DNA of 64,000 nucleotides from an uncultured virus (IMG/VR IMGVR_UViG_3300013121_000030) (IMGVR_UViG_3300013121_000030:32001-96000), one strand, 5' to 3'. Shown: positions 9,534 to 20,247, counted from the first letter of the stretch. Program-made: numbers and translations. The notes: generated from the letters alone by a model not told the origin.

Positions 9534-10169
9534 ATGGAACCTGTACAGATCTCCTGCCTGGAGGCGGTGTACTTCAAATCTCTCTCTCGACAATTTAAAA
9601 AGGGGGATTCCTTCTGGGTGAGCCCAGAGGTCGCCGCAGGCCCAGAGATGGTAAGCCTCGCCAGGAACAGGAAGATTCGCATTTACCCATCCAAGGACAG
9701 TCCCATGCCTCCGTCAAAAGAAATCCGCATCCCAGCTGTTGGAATGTCGCTTCGAGGACCAAATCTCAAGCTTCCTCCCCTCCAGCCTTCTCCCACTCCC
9801 CAGCCTTCTCCCACTCCCCAGCCTTCTCCTTTGGCTTCAAGACCAACCGAACCTGTGGGGACGGCAGAGATTCTACGGGGAATGTCAAGGATCGAAGAGA
9901 AGCTGGGAAGTCTCAGCTCCATTGAAGAGCGCCTGCGCAGCCTTGAAGAGAAGCCTGTTACGTTGACTGCGCCTCTCCAGGAAGGGAAGAGTTTGGCTGA
10001 AAAGCCTCCAGTCGAGAAGACCACCAAGAGCATCCTGGATCAGGAGTTCGTGCCTTCTATGGTGGAGGTACAAGGGGAGGTCAATGTCGAGGTTCCGAGT
10101 TCAGAGGCCTCAGGTGTTGGTGAGGCCATGAAGAGTCTTCGGAGGCTGCGAGCTGAGAAGAAAGGGTGA
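9534..10169 (+). CDS. Pro-rich/coiled-coil hypothetical protein upstream of the actin-fold gene
   Basis: PSPTPQ repeats; SRIEEKL/SSIEERL coiled coil; adjoins the next gene. Confidence 0.55.
   Translation: MEPVQISCLEAVYFKSLSRQFKKGDSFWVSPEVAAGPEMVSLARNRKIRIYPSKDSPMPPSKEIRIPAVGMSLRGPNLKLPPLQPSPTPQPSPTPQPSPLASRPTEPVGTAEILRGMSRIEEKLGSLSSIEERLRSLEEKPVTLTAPLQEGKSLAEKPPVEKTTKSILDQEFVPSMVEVQGEVNVEVPSSEASGVGEAMKSLRRLRAEKKG
9782..9829 (+). repeat. 18-bp coding tandem repeat (~2.7 copies) encoding QPSPTP
   Basis: ccagccttctcccactcc repeated in tandem. Confidence 0.85.
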
Positions 10170-10174
10170 GGAAG

Positions 10175-11173
10175 ATGTCTGGAGTTGGAATCGATCTTGG
10201 AACCATGAACATTGTCGCCGCACGGAGTGTGGATGACAAGATTTCAACCAAGCGAATTAGGGATGCTTTCATTGATCTCCCCTTGGGGTCTGAACGCATG
10301 CTGAAGCTCGCCAAAGTGAGCCACATCCGTAGGGATGATGCTCTCTTGATTGTGGGAGACGCTGCCTATGACATGGCAAACATGTTGGCGAAGGAAGTAC
10401 GTCGACCTCTTCAGGGAGGACTTGTTTCGTCGGGAGAGTTGGATGCCCTGAGTGTCTTGGCAATCTTGGTCCGCGAGGTCTTGGGGGCCCCCGCAGTCCC
10501 CAATGAGATTTGCCGATTCTCCGTCCCGGCCGCTCCTGTGGATGCTCCAAACCAGGATGTCGTCTACCATCGCCGGGTCCTGGAGAAGATTGTCGGCGAC
10601 TGCGGATATCGCGCCATGGCCTCTAACGAAGCCTTGGCGATCGTATTCTCTGATTGTGCGGACAGCAGCTTTTCTGGGATTACGATGAGTTTTGGGTCTG
10701 GGATGACGAATGTTTGTCTTGCGCTCCACACCTTGGAAGCAATGTCTTTCTCGGTGGCAGTGGGCGGAGACTACATCGATGCCAAGTCAGCCCAGCAGCT
10801 TGGATCCCAAATGACTCGTTCGAGAATCTGCTCCCTGAAAGAGAAAGGGATTGATTTGCGGTCCCCTCGTACTCGGGAGGAGCAGGTTTTGGAGTGTTAC
10901 TACCGAAACCTCATCGAGCACGTCTTCGAGAAAATGATTGAGGAGTTTGACCGTCAGCGTGGGAAGATTGCCGCACCATTCCCAATTCCGCTGGTGGTAT
11001 CGGGTGGCACCTCCAAGGCTGGAGGATTCTTGGAGCTGTTCAAAGAGATTTTTGAAAAGAGGAAGGGTCGCTTCCCAGTTGAGATCTCTGAGGTAAGACC
11101 TGCCAAGGATCCTCTAAATGCAGTTGCCATGGGTCTTTTGATCCAAGCCATGCAAGATTCTGAAGAGGATTAG
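10175..11173 (+). CDS. Actin-fold ATPase (MreB/ParM/FtsA/Alp-like)
   Basis: Phosphate-1 GIDLGT, connect-1 NEALA, phosphate-2 SFGSGMT, GGDYID, adenosine VSGGTS, connect-2 PLNAVAMG; SD GAGGA. Confidence 0.85.
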   Translation: MSGVGIDLGTMNIVAARSVDDKISTKRIRDAFIDLPLGSERMLKLAKVSHIRRDDALLIVGDAAYDMANMLAKEVRRPLQGGLVSSGELDALSVLAILVREVLGAPAVPNEICRFSVPAAPVDAPNQDVVYHRRVLEKIVGDCGYRAMASNEALAIVFSDCADSSFSGITMSFGSGMTNVCLALHTLEAMSFSVAVGGDYIDAKSAQQLGSQMTRSRICSLKEKGIDLRSPRTREEQVLECYYRNLIEHVFEKMIEEFDRQRGKIAAPFPIPLVVSGGTSKAGGFLELFKEIFEKRKGRFPVEISEVRPAKDPLNAVAMGLLIQAMQDSEED

Positions 11174-11179
11174 GATCCC

Positions 11180-12421
11180 ATGTACTACTTTCTCACGGAA
11201 GCAGTCCAAAGACTTTTCACGAGTGAGCTACGGAGGTTCTGGCAGTACCACCCGGAATACCAGGGCATCGTGGACAAGATCATTGGGAAGTATTCCTTCC
11301 GTGAACGTCCTCAAATGGGGATCATTGTTAAGAACAGCTCGGGGAACATGGTTGGGTTGTCCGGCGACAACTTCCAGGGGACTGTGATGTCCTATGTCTA
11401 TCTAGCCCATGTGGATGGGAAGTTGGGGATGAGTGTGGAGTGGGTTCGGGAGAACTACCGGGCGATCCAGGCAAATCAGGGATTCTTCCCTTCTCCTCCT
11501 GGTATCTACTATTTGGACTTCTGCGATGAGAATGGAACACCCACGGACACGAGTTTTTATGTAGATCCTCTCTTGGATGTGGCGGGGGAGTCAGTCTTGA
11601 CAGTCGACCCCACGCATGGACAGCTTCAGAATCCTTTTGTGGCCGGGACACTTAGGCTCTGGAAAATGCCCGGAGATGTTCCACTAGTGCCTTCTCAGTT
11701 CACAGCTGACCCAACGACGGGATCGATCACGCTTCACACGGCGTTGGAGGGGGACGAGTTTTTGTCTGCGGACTACCGCTACCCAGGAGAAACCACGGGG
11801 CCCTGGGCTGTTCAGCCTGGGAGGGCTCTGATTGAACCCATTCCAGGGGCTGTGTTGGCCTTTGGGAGGAGGATTTGGCCTGGGGACCGCCTTGCTGTGG
11901 TAGTGCAGTCCTCTCGCCAACTTGCTGCTTTGGAGTACGGCGGGCGGTGGGAATTGGGGCTGGATTTTGATGTGATTGCGCGGGATGTGAATGCGCAGCG
12001 AGAGATTTTGGATCTCTCCACGATGTACCTCTGGTCAGTAGTTCGTCCTCGGCTCAGTTCCATGGGAATTGAGATCATGAATGTGTCTCTTGGGGGAGAG
12101 TCTGAAGAAGCCTACGATGAGAATGCGGACGACTACTTCTACACAGGATCATTTTCAATCCAGATCCAGACGGATTGGTCGGTCCAGGTTCCGCTGGGGA
12201 TTGTGATCCAACGGGTGGATACGGTCCCCCCCAATGCAGAAGGAGGACCAGCCACACCTCCACAATATCTCTCAAAGTATGGCCTCTCTGATGACCAGAT
12301 CAGTCAGGCGATGCTCCAGTTCCAGGTCGTCGAGGGAATGGGCCTCAACCCATTTGATCCTTTCTTCACAGGGAAGATCGGAAACCTGGGCCGCATGGGC
12401 ACAGGAGAGAAGCTCTTGTAA
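11180..12421 (+). CDS. Putative tail terminator/neck protein
   Basis: Located just before the sheath gene; beta-rich insertion; C-terminal DFDVIARD...SIQIQTDW resembles tail-terminator folds. Confidence 0.45.
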   Translation: MYYFLTEAVQRLFTSELRRFWQYHPEYQGIVDKIIGKYSFRERPQMGIIVKNSSGNMVGLSGDNFQGTVMSYVYLAHVDGKLGMSVEWVRENYRAIQANQGFFPSPPGIYYLDFCDENGTPTDTSFYVDPLLDVAGESVLTVDPTHGQLQNPFVAGTLRLWKMPGDVPLVPSQFTADPTTGSITLHTALEGDEFLSADYRYPGETTGPWAVQPGRALIEPIPGAVLAFGRRIWPGDRLAVVVQSSRQLAALEYGGRWELGLDFDVIARDVNAQREILDLSTMYLWSVVRPRLSSMGIEIMNVSLGGESEEAYDENADDYFYTGSFSIQIQTDWSVQVPLGIVIQRVDTVPPNAEGGPATPPQYLSKYGLSDDQISQAMLQFQVVEGMGLNPFDPFFTGKIGNLGRMGTGEKLL

Positions 12422-12852
12422 TGCCGGTATTTGTGTTCCAATGTGAGTCTTGTGGCCTCTCTTTTGAGAAGCTCACCTCTGCAACAAGAGCGGAATGCAA
12501 GAAATGCAAGAGCCCCTGTGAGAGAATTATGCAGAGTCAGGGGGGGATCACCTCTGGGCATGTCCCAGACATGCCCGCACCCCAGAATTCAGGGGCGAGT
12601 CTTGTGGACCACGAGGTGGACTGGGTGATCGCCACTGAGTCCAGGATGCGGCTTCACGAGATGCAGTTGCGCCAAGACTTCAAACGGCGAAAGGCAGAGC
12701 AGGCGAAGGTTTCTGGGCATTACCTGTCCCGCCTCTCAGACGGCGATTATTTTGTGATGACGGAGGATGAGCGGCAGGCGGCCAAACGGGCGAGAGTCCT
12801 TCACCAGGATGCTATTGACGAGATCAACCGAATCTCACGTCGTAAGCAATAA
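12421..12852 (+). CDS. FmdB-like zinc-ribbon protein
   Basis: MPVFVFQCESCG...CKKCKSPCERIM pattern. Confidence 0.7.
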   Translation: MPVFVFQCESCGLSFEKLTSATRAECKKCKSPCERIMQSQGGITSGHVPDMPAPQNSGASLVDHEVDWVIATESRMRLHEMQLRQDFKRRKAEQAKVSGHYLSRLSDGDYFVMTEDERQAAKRARVLHQDAIDEINRISRRKQ

Positions 12853-12896
12853 TTTGATGATGCAGGGAAACTTTCAAGGGACACCGAGGAGTTTTC

Positions 12897-15800
12897 ATGC
12901 CTTTTTTCGGGACTGCCTACCAACCAGCAGGCGTATATGTTCGGACTCTTTACGACAATCCGACTCCATCTGTTTTGTCGAACGTCCGAATCCCCGTCTT
13001 TGTTGGTACGGGCAATGAGATTCTTACGCGGTTCGACCTTGAGCTGATCCGCGGATCTAGCTCCTTTAGCTCCCAGTTTGTCCCTGATGAGGACATGACG
13101 GGACGGTCGGTGGTCACGATTACCACAGCTGGCCAAGTCATCTTGGGGGACTTCAACGGGGAGCGCAGGCGGGTTCAGGTCCGGAATTACCCGATTGTTG
13201 ACCCGACGACCAATGAGCTGGTCGTCGACCCCAGCTCGATTTCCGTCCTCATCAATGGTCGACCCGATGTGGTTTTGGGTGTCGCAGATGCCAACCTTGG
13301 TGTCATTGAGATCAGCACAGCACCTGAACTGAATGACGAGGTGTTGGTCAGCTACAACTTCAAGCGTACCGACACCCAAATCACAGACGATGTGTCGGAG
13401 CAGGTATCCCCACTTCCTGCTTCTCTGGCGGGGGCTCAGGGGGATTCTTTTGTCTTCACAACAACTACAAATATCTTCCGGTTTCGGGTGGACGACGACC
13501 AGAATCAGGAGATCACGGTCAATCTGGGGACGGGCACAAAAAACCCTGCCACTGTGGTGAGCTTGATCAATGGTGCGGCAGCCTCCACATCCTTGGTGGC
13601 TTCGACCTTCACCAACAACTACGGGAAAGTAGCCATCCTCCTCTCGGCTGAGAGGGACATTGAAATCCTGGAGGGTTCTGCCAACCCCATTTTGGGATTC
13701 ACGACAGGCCAGCGCACCAACCGCAAGAAGACATTCTATGTCTTCAACGGGCCTATTGTCGACGGCTCTAATGGTGGGGTGACGACAACGGACGTCACCA
13801 AGGTTGAGGTTCGCGTCGATGGGATTTTGACAACGGCATCTGCGGTCGATGGGCAAAATAGGGCTGTAACCTTGTCCTTCGCTCCTGAGGTAGGGAGCGA
13901 GGTCAAGATCACCTACTACTTCAATGCCTGGCAGGATACCTTTGACTTCTTGCCGAACACCAACGTCACGGCGATCCTTCGGTGTGGCATTATCCCTGGC
14001 AACTCAGATTTTGTTCAAGGAGTAGACTACGTCCTTCAAGACAACCACGTTGTTTGGGGGACTGCTGCACTTATCTCAGCGGGCGTGGTGGCACCTTCTT
14101 CGGCTGCCTTGGGTCCAACCACACTGGGGGCATCCAGCCAGATCACAGCCACTCTTGTGGATAATCGGTGGTATTTGGCGGAAGCTCCTCCAGTCGTAAA
14201 CTCGACTGTTTCCCCCCCTGTGGAGTCCAGGACTCAGTTCACACTTCCTGTCCAGCCGACGACTGGGAACGGGCGAGACTTCCCGTTGGGGGCTGAGGTC
14301 TTTGAGAGCATCTCCAACAACCGTATTGACCTCCCCACCAACAACCCCAACCTGGTCCAGGCGTACTGGGGATTTGACCTCCAAGATGCCTTTAATCGGG
14401 GAGCAGTCGAGGTTTTGGAGGTTGATGGGACCACGATCACCCTGAAGAATGCAGTCCCAGTTGGGGCCCAAGTTTGGGCGACGTTCTACTACAACATTCT
14501 TGTTGATAACGAGTACACCCTCAAGGTTCAGACCCCAGGTCCCAGCGGGATTGGCACCTACTTCATCTTCGACAAGAACGAAAACCCCATCTACAACCCA
14601 CTTTTGGGCACCAAGGGACCAGCCCTCACGGGAATCACACTGGTGTTTCCGTCAGGTTCTGAGTTGCTCCCAGACGCGCATTTCGAGGGAGGAACAGGGG
14701 GACCCGTTGAAGAGACAGTGACGGTCTCCTTGGCAGAGAAGGATGCCACACTTGCCAAGTTCTCCTTTGATGGATCTGGGCCATACTCCTTTATCTCTGG
14801 AGCCTCTGATCGTGCCTATCTTCAAATCGATAGCGCACTCCTGGCAGGTGGAGCCGCTGGAATTTCTCTTTCGGCCCCCATGGGAATTTCAGGGCTTGGG
14901 TTCTCAGCATCCCTCTTGGGAGAGGAGATTGAGTACAGCATTGACTCAGGTCTGACCACCTACGACATCCTCCAAGGCATCAACGACAACGTGTCGATGA
15001 CACTGGATGGGATTACGATCACAACGGTCGTCCCCGAACAGTTGGGGGTGGATGCTTCTGCCTATGTTGAGGCTTTGAATGCTGTAGCCAAGACCTCCAG
15101 CTTTGCGCCTTCCTATGTCGCGCAGACACGGTTTGTGGGGACCACAACGATCACTGCGGGTGTTTATGACACCTTTACGATGTACTACACGGGTGTGACC
15201 AACGGGGCTTCGGGTCCCCTCCAGATCACAATCCCCCCAGGAAACTATGTCGCTCCGTCGTTCTTGGCCACGGCGGTTCAGAACGCGGTCAACACTGCTG
15301 TGGCGGCCTTGCCAGTCCAATTCGAGGGGTTGGCCATTGGGGTGGAGGCCAACTACAACGGCCAGTTGGCATTCTCTCTGGTCGCTGCGGACAGCGACAC
15401 AGGAACCTTCGCTTCCGGAACGATAACTTCCAGTGGGGCCCTCCTCGGAGACACCATCTCAATTGGTGGAATTACTCTGACTGGTGCGCTGGACTACACA
15501 GCTGGAGGCCTAAACTTCGACACTGGGCAGGCCTCCGCCACCATTCTGGCCAATGGTGTCCGGCCAGGGGATACTTTCACCATCGATGTTGGGGGCGGAC
15601 CAATCACCATCACCGCTTCTGGCTCCCAGACCCCGGGGGGTTTGGACTTCAACGAGGGTGTTCAGGCCACAGGGACCATCACAGTTGCAGGCCCCATTCC
15701 TGGGGATACCGTAACGGTGGCGGGAATCACGCTGACAGCTTCGGGTTCTCAGACTCCGGCAGGATTGGACTTTGACGAAGGAACTCGCGCTTCAGGAACT

Positions 15801-18800
15801 GCGACGCTTTCGGGGGTCCTTTATGGGGACACGATCACGATTGCGGGAGTGACGCTCACAGCGAGCAACACTTTGACTCCTGGAGGGCTCGACTTCAACG
15901 TCGGCCAAGCTGCCTCAGGAAGCATCAAGTGCGTCGGGATTCAGCCTGGCGACACCGTGACGCTCAATGGAACTGCGTTGACGGCTGCTGGGGCTCAAAT
16001 TCCAGGTGCTTACAACTTCAACGAAGGAGTTCAGGCCACTGGAACGATCACAACCTCCGCCGTTCTGACAGGTGACCAAGTGGCCATTGGTGGGATCACC
16101 CTCACCGCGGCTGGCGCTCAGACTCCGGGTGGCCTCAACTTCAACGAGGGCACCAAGGCGACGGGATCCTTCACGGTCACCACCTTCCCGACAACTGCTT
16201 CTCTCACCATTGGTGTCAACGTGTTGGCGCCCGCGGGTGGGCCGAGGACTCCAGGTGGGGATGATTACGACAACACCTTGGGTTCGGCCGCTGCAATTGC
16301 GGCCGACATCAATGCCGCTCTCAACGATCCCCTGAATAGCTTTGCGGGAACCACAACTTCTTCCGTTGTGGGCACCACAGTCAACCTGACTGCGGTTGTC
16401 CCCGGAGCTGTGGGTAACGCCATCGTTACCTCGTCCACAGACGGCACCATTACCGCAGCAGCAGCGACGTTGTTGGGTGGTGTGGGTGACGATAACACCG
16501 TTGCCGCATCGATTGCGGCCGCCATCAACGACGCTCTGAACGGCTTGAATGGGACAGCCTCTGCCACGGCGCTTCTCAATGTCGTCACGGTGACTGCGGT
16601 AACTCCGGGGTCGGCTGGGAACTCTATCCCCCTCACCACAACAACCCCGATTCGGTTGGCAATTTCAGCTGCCACTCTTTTGGGTGGCGTTGGAACCAAC
16701 AACACCGTTGCAGCCAGCTTGGCTGCTGCAATCAACGATGCTCTAAATATCCCATTGCCGACAACCTTCTCGGCAACGGCTATTGGAGATACTGTTTTCC
16801 TCACGGCGGTGGTTCCGGGGGCTGCTGGAAACCTCCTTACGCTCGCAACCACTGCTCCAGGAAGGGCCCAACTCTCTGGGCCTCTCATGACGGGAGGTTC
16901 AGGGACCAACATTACAGCAGCTTCGAGCCTTGTGTCGGCGATTTTGGATCCTGCCAACGGTTTGGTGGGGACTGTCATCGCAGACAATGGCGCTGGCACC
17001 CTGAACATTGTGACGATTGAGGCTTATACGCCAGGGTCAGGAGGCAACGCCATTATTCTGGCGTCCTCAACCCTGGTTCGGATCCTCCTGTCTGGAGGCA
17101 CACTGGCAGGAGGCGTTGGGGACAACACAACGGTCGCAGCATCAATCGCGGCGGCCATCAATGATGCTGGAAACGGCATCGTTGTCACAGCCACGGCCGT
17201 CGCCGCACTCAATGTGGTGACGGTTACGGCGGTCACTCCAGGAAATATTGGAAACCTGATCACGCTGGCTACCAGCAACAGCACCAGGCTTCTGGCAAAC
17301 GGGGCGACACTGTCGGGGGGGATCGGGACGAACTTCACCGTTGCATCCTCGATCGCGGCGGCCATCAATGACGCTGGAAACGGATTGGCTGTGGCAATCG
17401 CCGCCAACAATGATGGGGGGTTGTCCGCCACAGTCACCGTCTGGGCACTCACACCAGGGCTCGTTGGCAACACCTACACCCTCGCGTCCTCGAATCCTGT
17501 CCGGCTGGCCATCTCTGGGGGATTCTTTGTGGGTGGTGCAACAACCACCCAGGTCGCCAGCAGCATCGTCCAGGCAATCAATGATGTTCTGAACGGGCTG
17601 ACAACGTTGGTGGAGGCTGACAATAGCGCGGGCACCTCCAACATCATTACGGTAACGGCAGCCGATCCTGGGTCTCAAGGGAACTACATCAGTCTCGCCA
17701 GCTCGACTGGGGTACGTCTCCCAGTCTCCGGAGCATTCCTGACGGGAGGCTCCAATCTGGGCGGCGGATATTTGGAGTTCTTGGATGCCCCCACCATTAC
17801 TTCGGACTTCTCCATTCTTGCGGGAATTTCGACGGACTCGTTGCCGGGCCTGTCTCAAACCAAGCTGCTGAACTGCGATATTGCACGTCGCTTCACGGTT
17901 GCGGGAACTTCAGGACGGTTGATCTACGACCGGATCATCTTGAGGAACCGCATCGTCCCAGGATCGGGCTCGATCACCTACCATTCTCAGCTTTCGCAAA
18001 CTGAACTTGTCATCCAGGGCACTAACGCCCAGTCCTTCACAGGACTGGTTCCCAAAGCAGCTGGGTTGGCAGGCTTTGCTGCGACAGTTCAACCTGCCTC
18101 GATGTTCGGCGAGGTTGGTTTCAAGGACGGGCAAATCGCGGTTGGGACCTATGGTGATGCTCGGGATGGGATGCCAGCGGTTCGGTTCTATGCGCAGGGA
18201 GGCGTCAATCCCCAGAACAACGTTGTGAAGATCAACATTGACGGAAAGCCGTTCACGGTGGTCTTCACGAATGCCTCCGGAGCTGCAATTCCTTCGGGAA
18301 GCTCTGCACTGGTTCCACTTGGTCCTGTATCCATTGCGAACACTGTCCTACACCAAATCCAAACTGCAGCTTCTGCGGCAGGACTTGGGACGGTGATCTT
18401 CCAAGAGGGGGCAGGGATCCGTTACGTTTCGCTGTTGGACACAGCAGACTCCCAGATCACGATTGGGACGGGAAATGGGAACTCGACTCTGGGGCTCGTT
18501 GCTGGGGCAACATCCACTCGGACCCTTGTGGAGCCAGAAGTTGTGGCCTCGGCACTCATGGCTCACCATGCGGGTTCGGTGGCGTCGGTCCTTTTGGACT
18601 ACCAGTCGCCCACGAACACTTACTTTGCAGCCCAAGCACTTGCAGGGGTGGTGAGGGATTCAACCAATGCGGAGTTCCTCTTCATCGAGTCTCAAGCCAA
18701 CAACGTCATTGGGTTGGGGCCATCCAGCAACATTTTGGTGCTGGATGCACTGACGTCCTCGTGGCTGCGTGTGGGCACGGGTTTGGATACTTCCTCTGGG

Positions 18801-20237
18801 GAGGGATCCGCAGGAGAGTCAGGGTACCAGGGATTCTACGTCACCTCTTCGGATTCTGTAGATGGATCCGGAACTGCGAACACTTCCGAATTCAACTTCG
18901 GGGTGGGCCAGGATGGTGTGGTTGGCCAGACTTACCGTGACGAAGTGACTGGGCTGGTCTTCACACTTCTTCCTCGTGAAGGGAACGCCTCGTACCCGAC
19001 TGGGGTTGGAGCCACCTTTACCTTTGAGGTTCGCAAGTTGGTGGCAACAGATGCGAACATCCCCATCAATGCCATCCCTGGGATCCAATTGTTGGTCACC
19101 AACACCACGGGAACAGCGACGGGGAATACTGCGGTTGTAGAGACGATCGAGAGGGGTGGAGCGGAGCCTGCGGTGGGGGATAGCTACTTTGTGAGCTACA
19201 ACTACCAGAAGGATCTGGATCGTGAGCCCTGGAGCATTGTGCAGTTGTACACATCTCTCCAGGCGGTCATCTCCAACTACGGATCAATCGACCCAGATCA
19301 TCCCCTGACGTTGGCATCCTATCTGTCCAATCTCAATGGGTCGCTGTTGTGGGGTGTGCGTCAAGTCCCCAAAGAACCCGGCTCCAACCAAGCGTCTGTT
19401 GAAGATTATTTGGCGGCGTTTGACTCGTTGTCCGGAATCTTGCCCAGCGGGTTGACTCTGGACACGATCACTCCTCTTCGGGGAGATAGTTTGGTCCTCT
19501 TCCAGGCCCTTCGGAAGCACTGTGATGTGCAGTCCAGCTTCAAGTTCAGGGCCGAACGGACAGGGATCATTGGGGTGTCCTCCGGAACCCAACCCACTCA
19601 GGTAGGGAATATCGCCAAGGCGATCGGGTCTGAGCGGATGCGCCTGGTCTACCCAGACATTGTGACCCTGATTTTGGAGGATGCGGTTGGGAACCAGAAG
19701 ACCTTCTTGGTGGATGGGACCTACATCGCTGCGGCGTGGGCAGGCAATCGTGCCTCCCCAAATATTGACGTTGCGACTCCATGGATTGGGCGCACGAGCC
19801 TGATGTTCGGGTTTGATCGTCTGGCGCGTTCTCTGAATGACATCCAGAAGAATACGGTTGCCACCCAGGGTGTGGTGGTCTTCGAGCAAAAGGGATCCGC
19901 GATTCAGGTCCGGGACGCCTTTACGACCGACATGTCAACAATCTTGACACGTCTCCCAACGATTCGGACTATTGGGGATGAGGTTCAGAGAACGACACGA
20001 CGGGATCTGGAAAGGTTCATCGGAATCAAGTTCTTGTCTGGGATCCTCTCCGAGATCACAGGCCAGATAACGACGACCCTGAAGACCCTGAAGCGAGAAG
20101 AGATCATCTCGAACTTTACAGGTGTGGCAGCCAATGTTTCGAGTGAGGCAACAACGGTGGAGGCTCAAGCAGCCTACCAGCCGGTGTTCCCACTGAAGTA
20201 CATTCTGGTCACCTACAACCTTCGGAGCCGTCTCTAG
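12897..20237 (+). CDS. Contractile tail sheath protein, giant (2446 aa), with inserted domains
   Basis: SD GAGGAG; N-terminal YQPAGVY; sheath-like C-terminus (RLVYPD, RDAFTT, YQPVFPLKYILVTY); followed by the tube gene. Confidence 0.85.
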   Translation: MPFFGTAYQPAGVYVRTLYDNPTPSVLSNVRIPVFVGTGNEILTRFDLELIRGSSSFSSQFVPDEDMTGRSVVTITTAGQVILGDFNGERRRVQVRNYPIVDPTTNELVVDPSSISVLINGRPDVVLGVADANLGVIEISTAPELNDEVLVSYNFKRTDTQITDDVSEQVSPLPASLAGAQGDSFVFTTTTNIFRFRVDDDQNQEITVNLGTGTKNPATVVSLINGAAASTSLVASTFTNNYGKVAILLSAERDIEILEGSANPILGFTTGQRTNRKKTFYVFNGPIVDGSNGGVTTTDVTKVEVRVDGILTTASAVDGQNRAVTLSFAPEVGSEVKITYYFNAWQDTFDFLPNTNVTAILRCGIIPGNSDFVQGVDYVLQDNHVVWGTAALISAGVVAPSSAALGPTTLGASSQITATLVDNRWYLAEAPPVVNSTVSPPVESRTQFTLPVQPTTGNGRDFPLGAEVFESISNNRIDLPTNNPNLVQAYWGFDLQDAFNRGAVEVLEVDGTTITLKNAVPVGAQVWATFYYNILVDNEYTLKVQTPGPSGIGTYFIFDKNENPIYNPLLGTKGPALTGITLVFPSGSELLPDAHFEGGTGGPVEETVTVSLAEKDATLAKFSFDGSGPYSFISGASDRAYLQIDSALLAGGAAGISLSAPMGISGLGFSASLLGEEIEYSIDSGLTTYDILQGINDNVSMTLDGITITTVVPEQLGVDASAYVEALNAVAKTSSFAPSYVAQTRFVGTTTITAGVYDTFTMYYTGVTNGASGPLQITIPPGNYVAPSFLATAVQNAVNTAVAALPVQFEGLAIGVEANYNGQLAFSLVAADSDTGTFASGTITSSGALLGDTISIGGITLTGALDYTAGGLNFDTGQASATILANGVRPGDTFTIDVGGGPITITASGSQTPGGLDFNEGVQATGTITVAGPIPGDTVTVAGITLTASGSQTPAGLDFDEGTRASGTATLSGVLYGDTITIAGVTLTASNTLTPGGLDFNVGQAASGSIKCVGIQPGDTVTLNGTALTAAGAQIPGAYNFNEGVQATGTITTSAVLTGDQVAIGGITLTAAGAQTPGGLNFNEGTKATGSFTVTTFPTTASLTIGVNVLAPAGGPRTPGGDDYDNTLGSAAAIAADINAALNDPLNSFAGTTTSSVVGTTVNLTAVVPGAVGNAIVTSSTDGTITAAAATLLGGVGDDNTVAASIAAAINDALNGLNGTASATALLNVVTVTAVTPGSAGNSIPLTTTTPIRLAISAATLLGGVGTNNTVAASLAAAINDALNIPLPTTFSATAIGDTVFLTAVVPGAAGNLLTLATTAPGRAQLSGPLMTGGSGTNITAASSLVSAILDPANGLVGTVIADNGAGTLNIVTIEAYTPGSGGNAIILASSTLVRILLSGGTLAGGVGDNTTVAASIAAAINDAGNGIVVTATAVAALNVVTVTAVTPGNIGNLITLATSNSTRLLANGATLSGGIGTNFTVASSIAAAINDAGNGLAVAIAANNDGGLSATVTVWALTPGLVGNTYTLASSNPVRLAISGGFFVGGATTTQVASSIVQAINDVLNGLTTLVEADNSAGTSNIITVTAADPGSQGNYISLASSTGVRLPVSGAFLTGGSNLGGGYLEFLDAPTITSDFSILAGISTDSLPGLSQTKLLNCDIARRFTVAGTSGRLIYDRIILRNRIVPGSGSITYHSQLSQTELVIQGTNAQSFTGLVPKAAGLAGFAATVQPASMFGEVGFKDGQIAVGTYGDARDGMPAVRFYAQGGVNPQNNVVKINIDGKPFTVVFTNASGAAIPSGSSALVPLGPVSIANTVLHQIQTAASAAGLGTVIFQEGAGIRYVSLLDTADSQITIGTGNGNSTLGLVAGATSTRTLVEPEVVASALMAHHAGSVASVLLDYQSPTNTYFAAQALAGVVRDSTNAEFLFIESQANNVIGLGPSSNILVLDALTSSWLRVGTGLDTSSGEGSAGESGYQGFYVTSSDSVDGSGTANTSEFNFGVGQDGVVGQTYRDEVTGLVFTLLPREGNASYPTGVGATFTFEVRKLVATDANIPINAIPGIQLLVTNTTGTATGNTAVVETIERGGAEPAVGDSYFVSYNYQKDLDREPWSIVQLYTSLQAVISNYGSIDPDHPLTLASYLSNLNGSLLWGVRQVPKEPGSNQASVEDYLAAFDSLSGILPSGLTLDTITPLRGDSLVLFQALRKHCDVQSSFKFRAERTGIIGVSSGTQPTQVGNIAKAIGSERMRLVYPDIVTLILEDAVGNQKTFLVDGTYIAAAWAGNRASPNIDVATPWIGRTSLMFGFDRLARSLNDIQKNTVATQGVVVFEQKGSAIQVRDAFTTDMSTILTRLPTIRTIGDEVQRTTRRDLERFIGIKFLSGILSEITGQITTTLKTLKREEIISNFTGVAANVSSEATTVEAQAAYQPVFPLKYILVTYNLRSRL
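15402..17750 (+). repeat. Seven N-half plus seven C-half protein repeats inside the sheath
   Basis: 7 x (A.GTIT...GDT.TI.G.TLT...GGL.F..G) followed by 7 x (.VA.SIAAAIND...VTVTA..PG..GN...L.GG). Confidence 0.85.
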
Positions 20238-20247
20238 GAGAGAAGTC

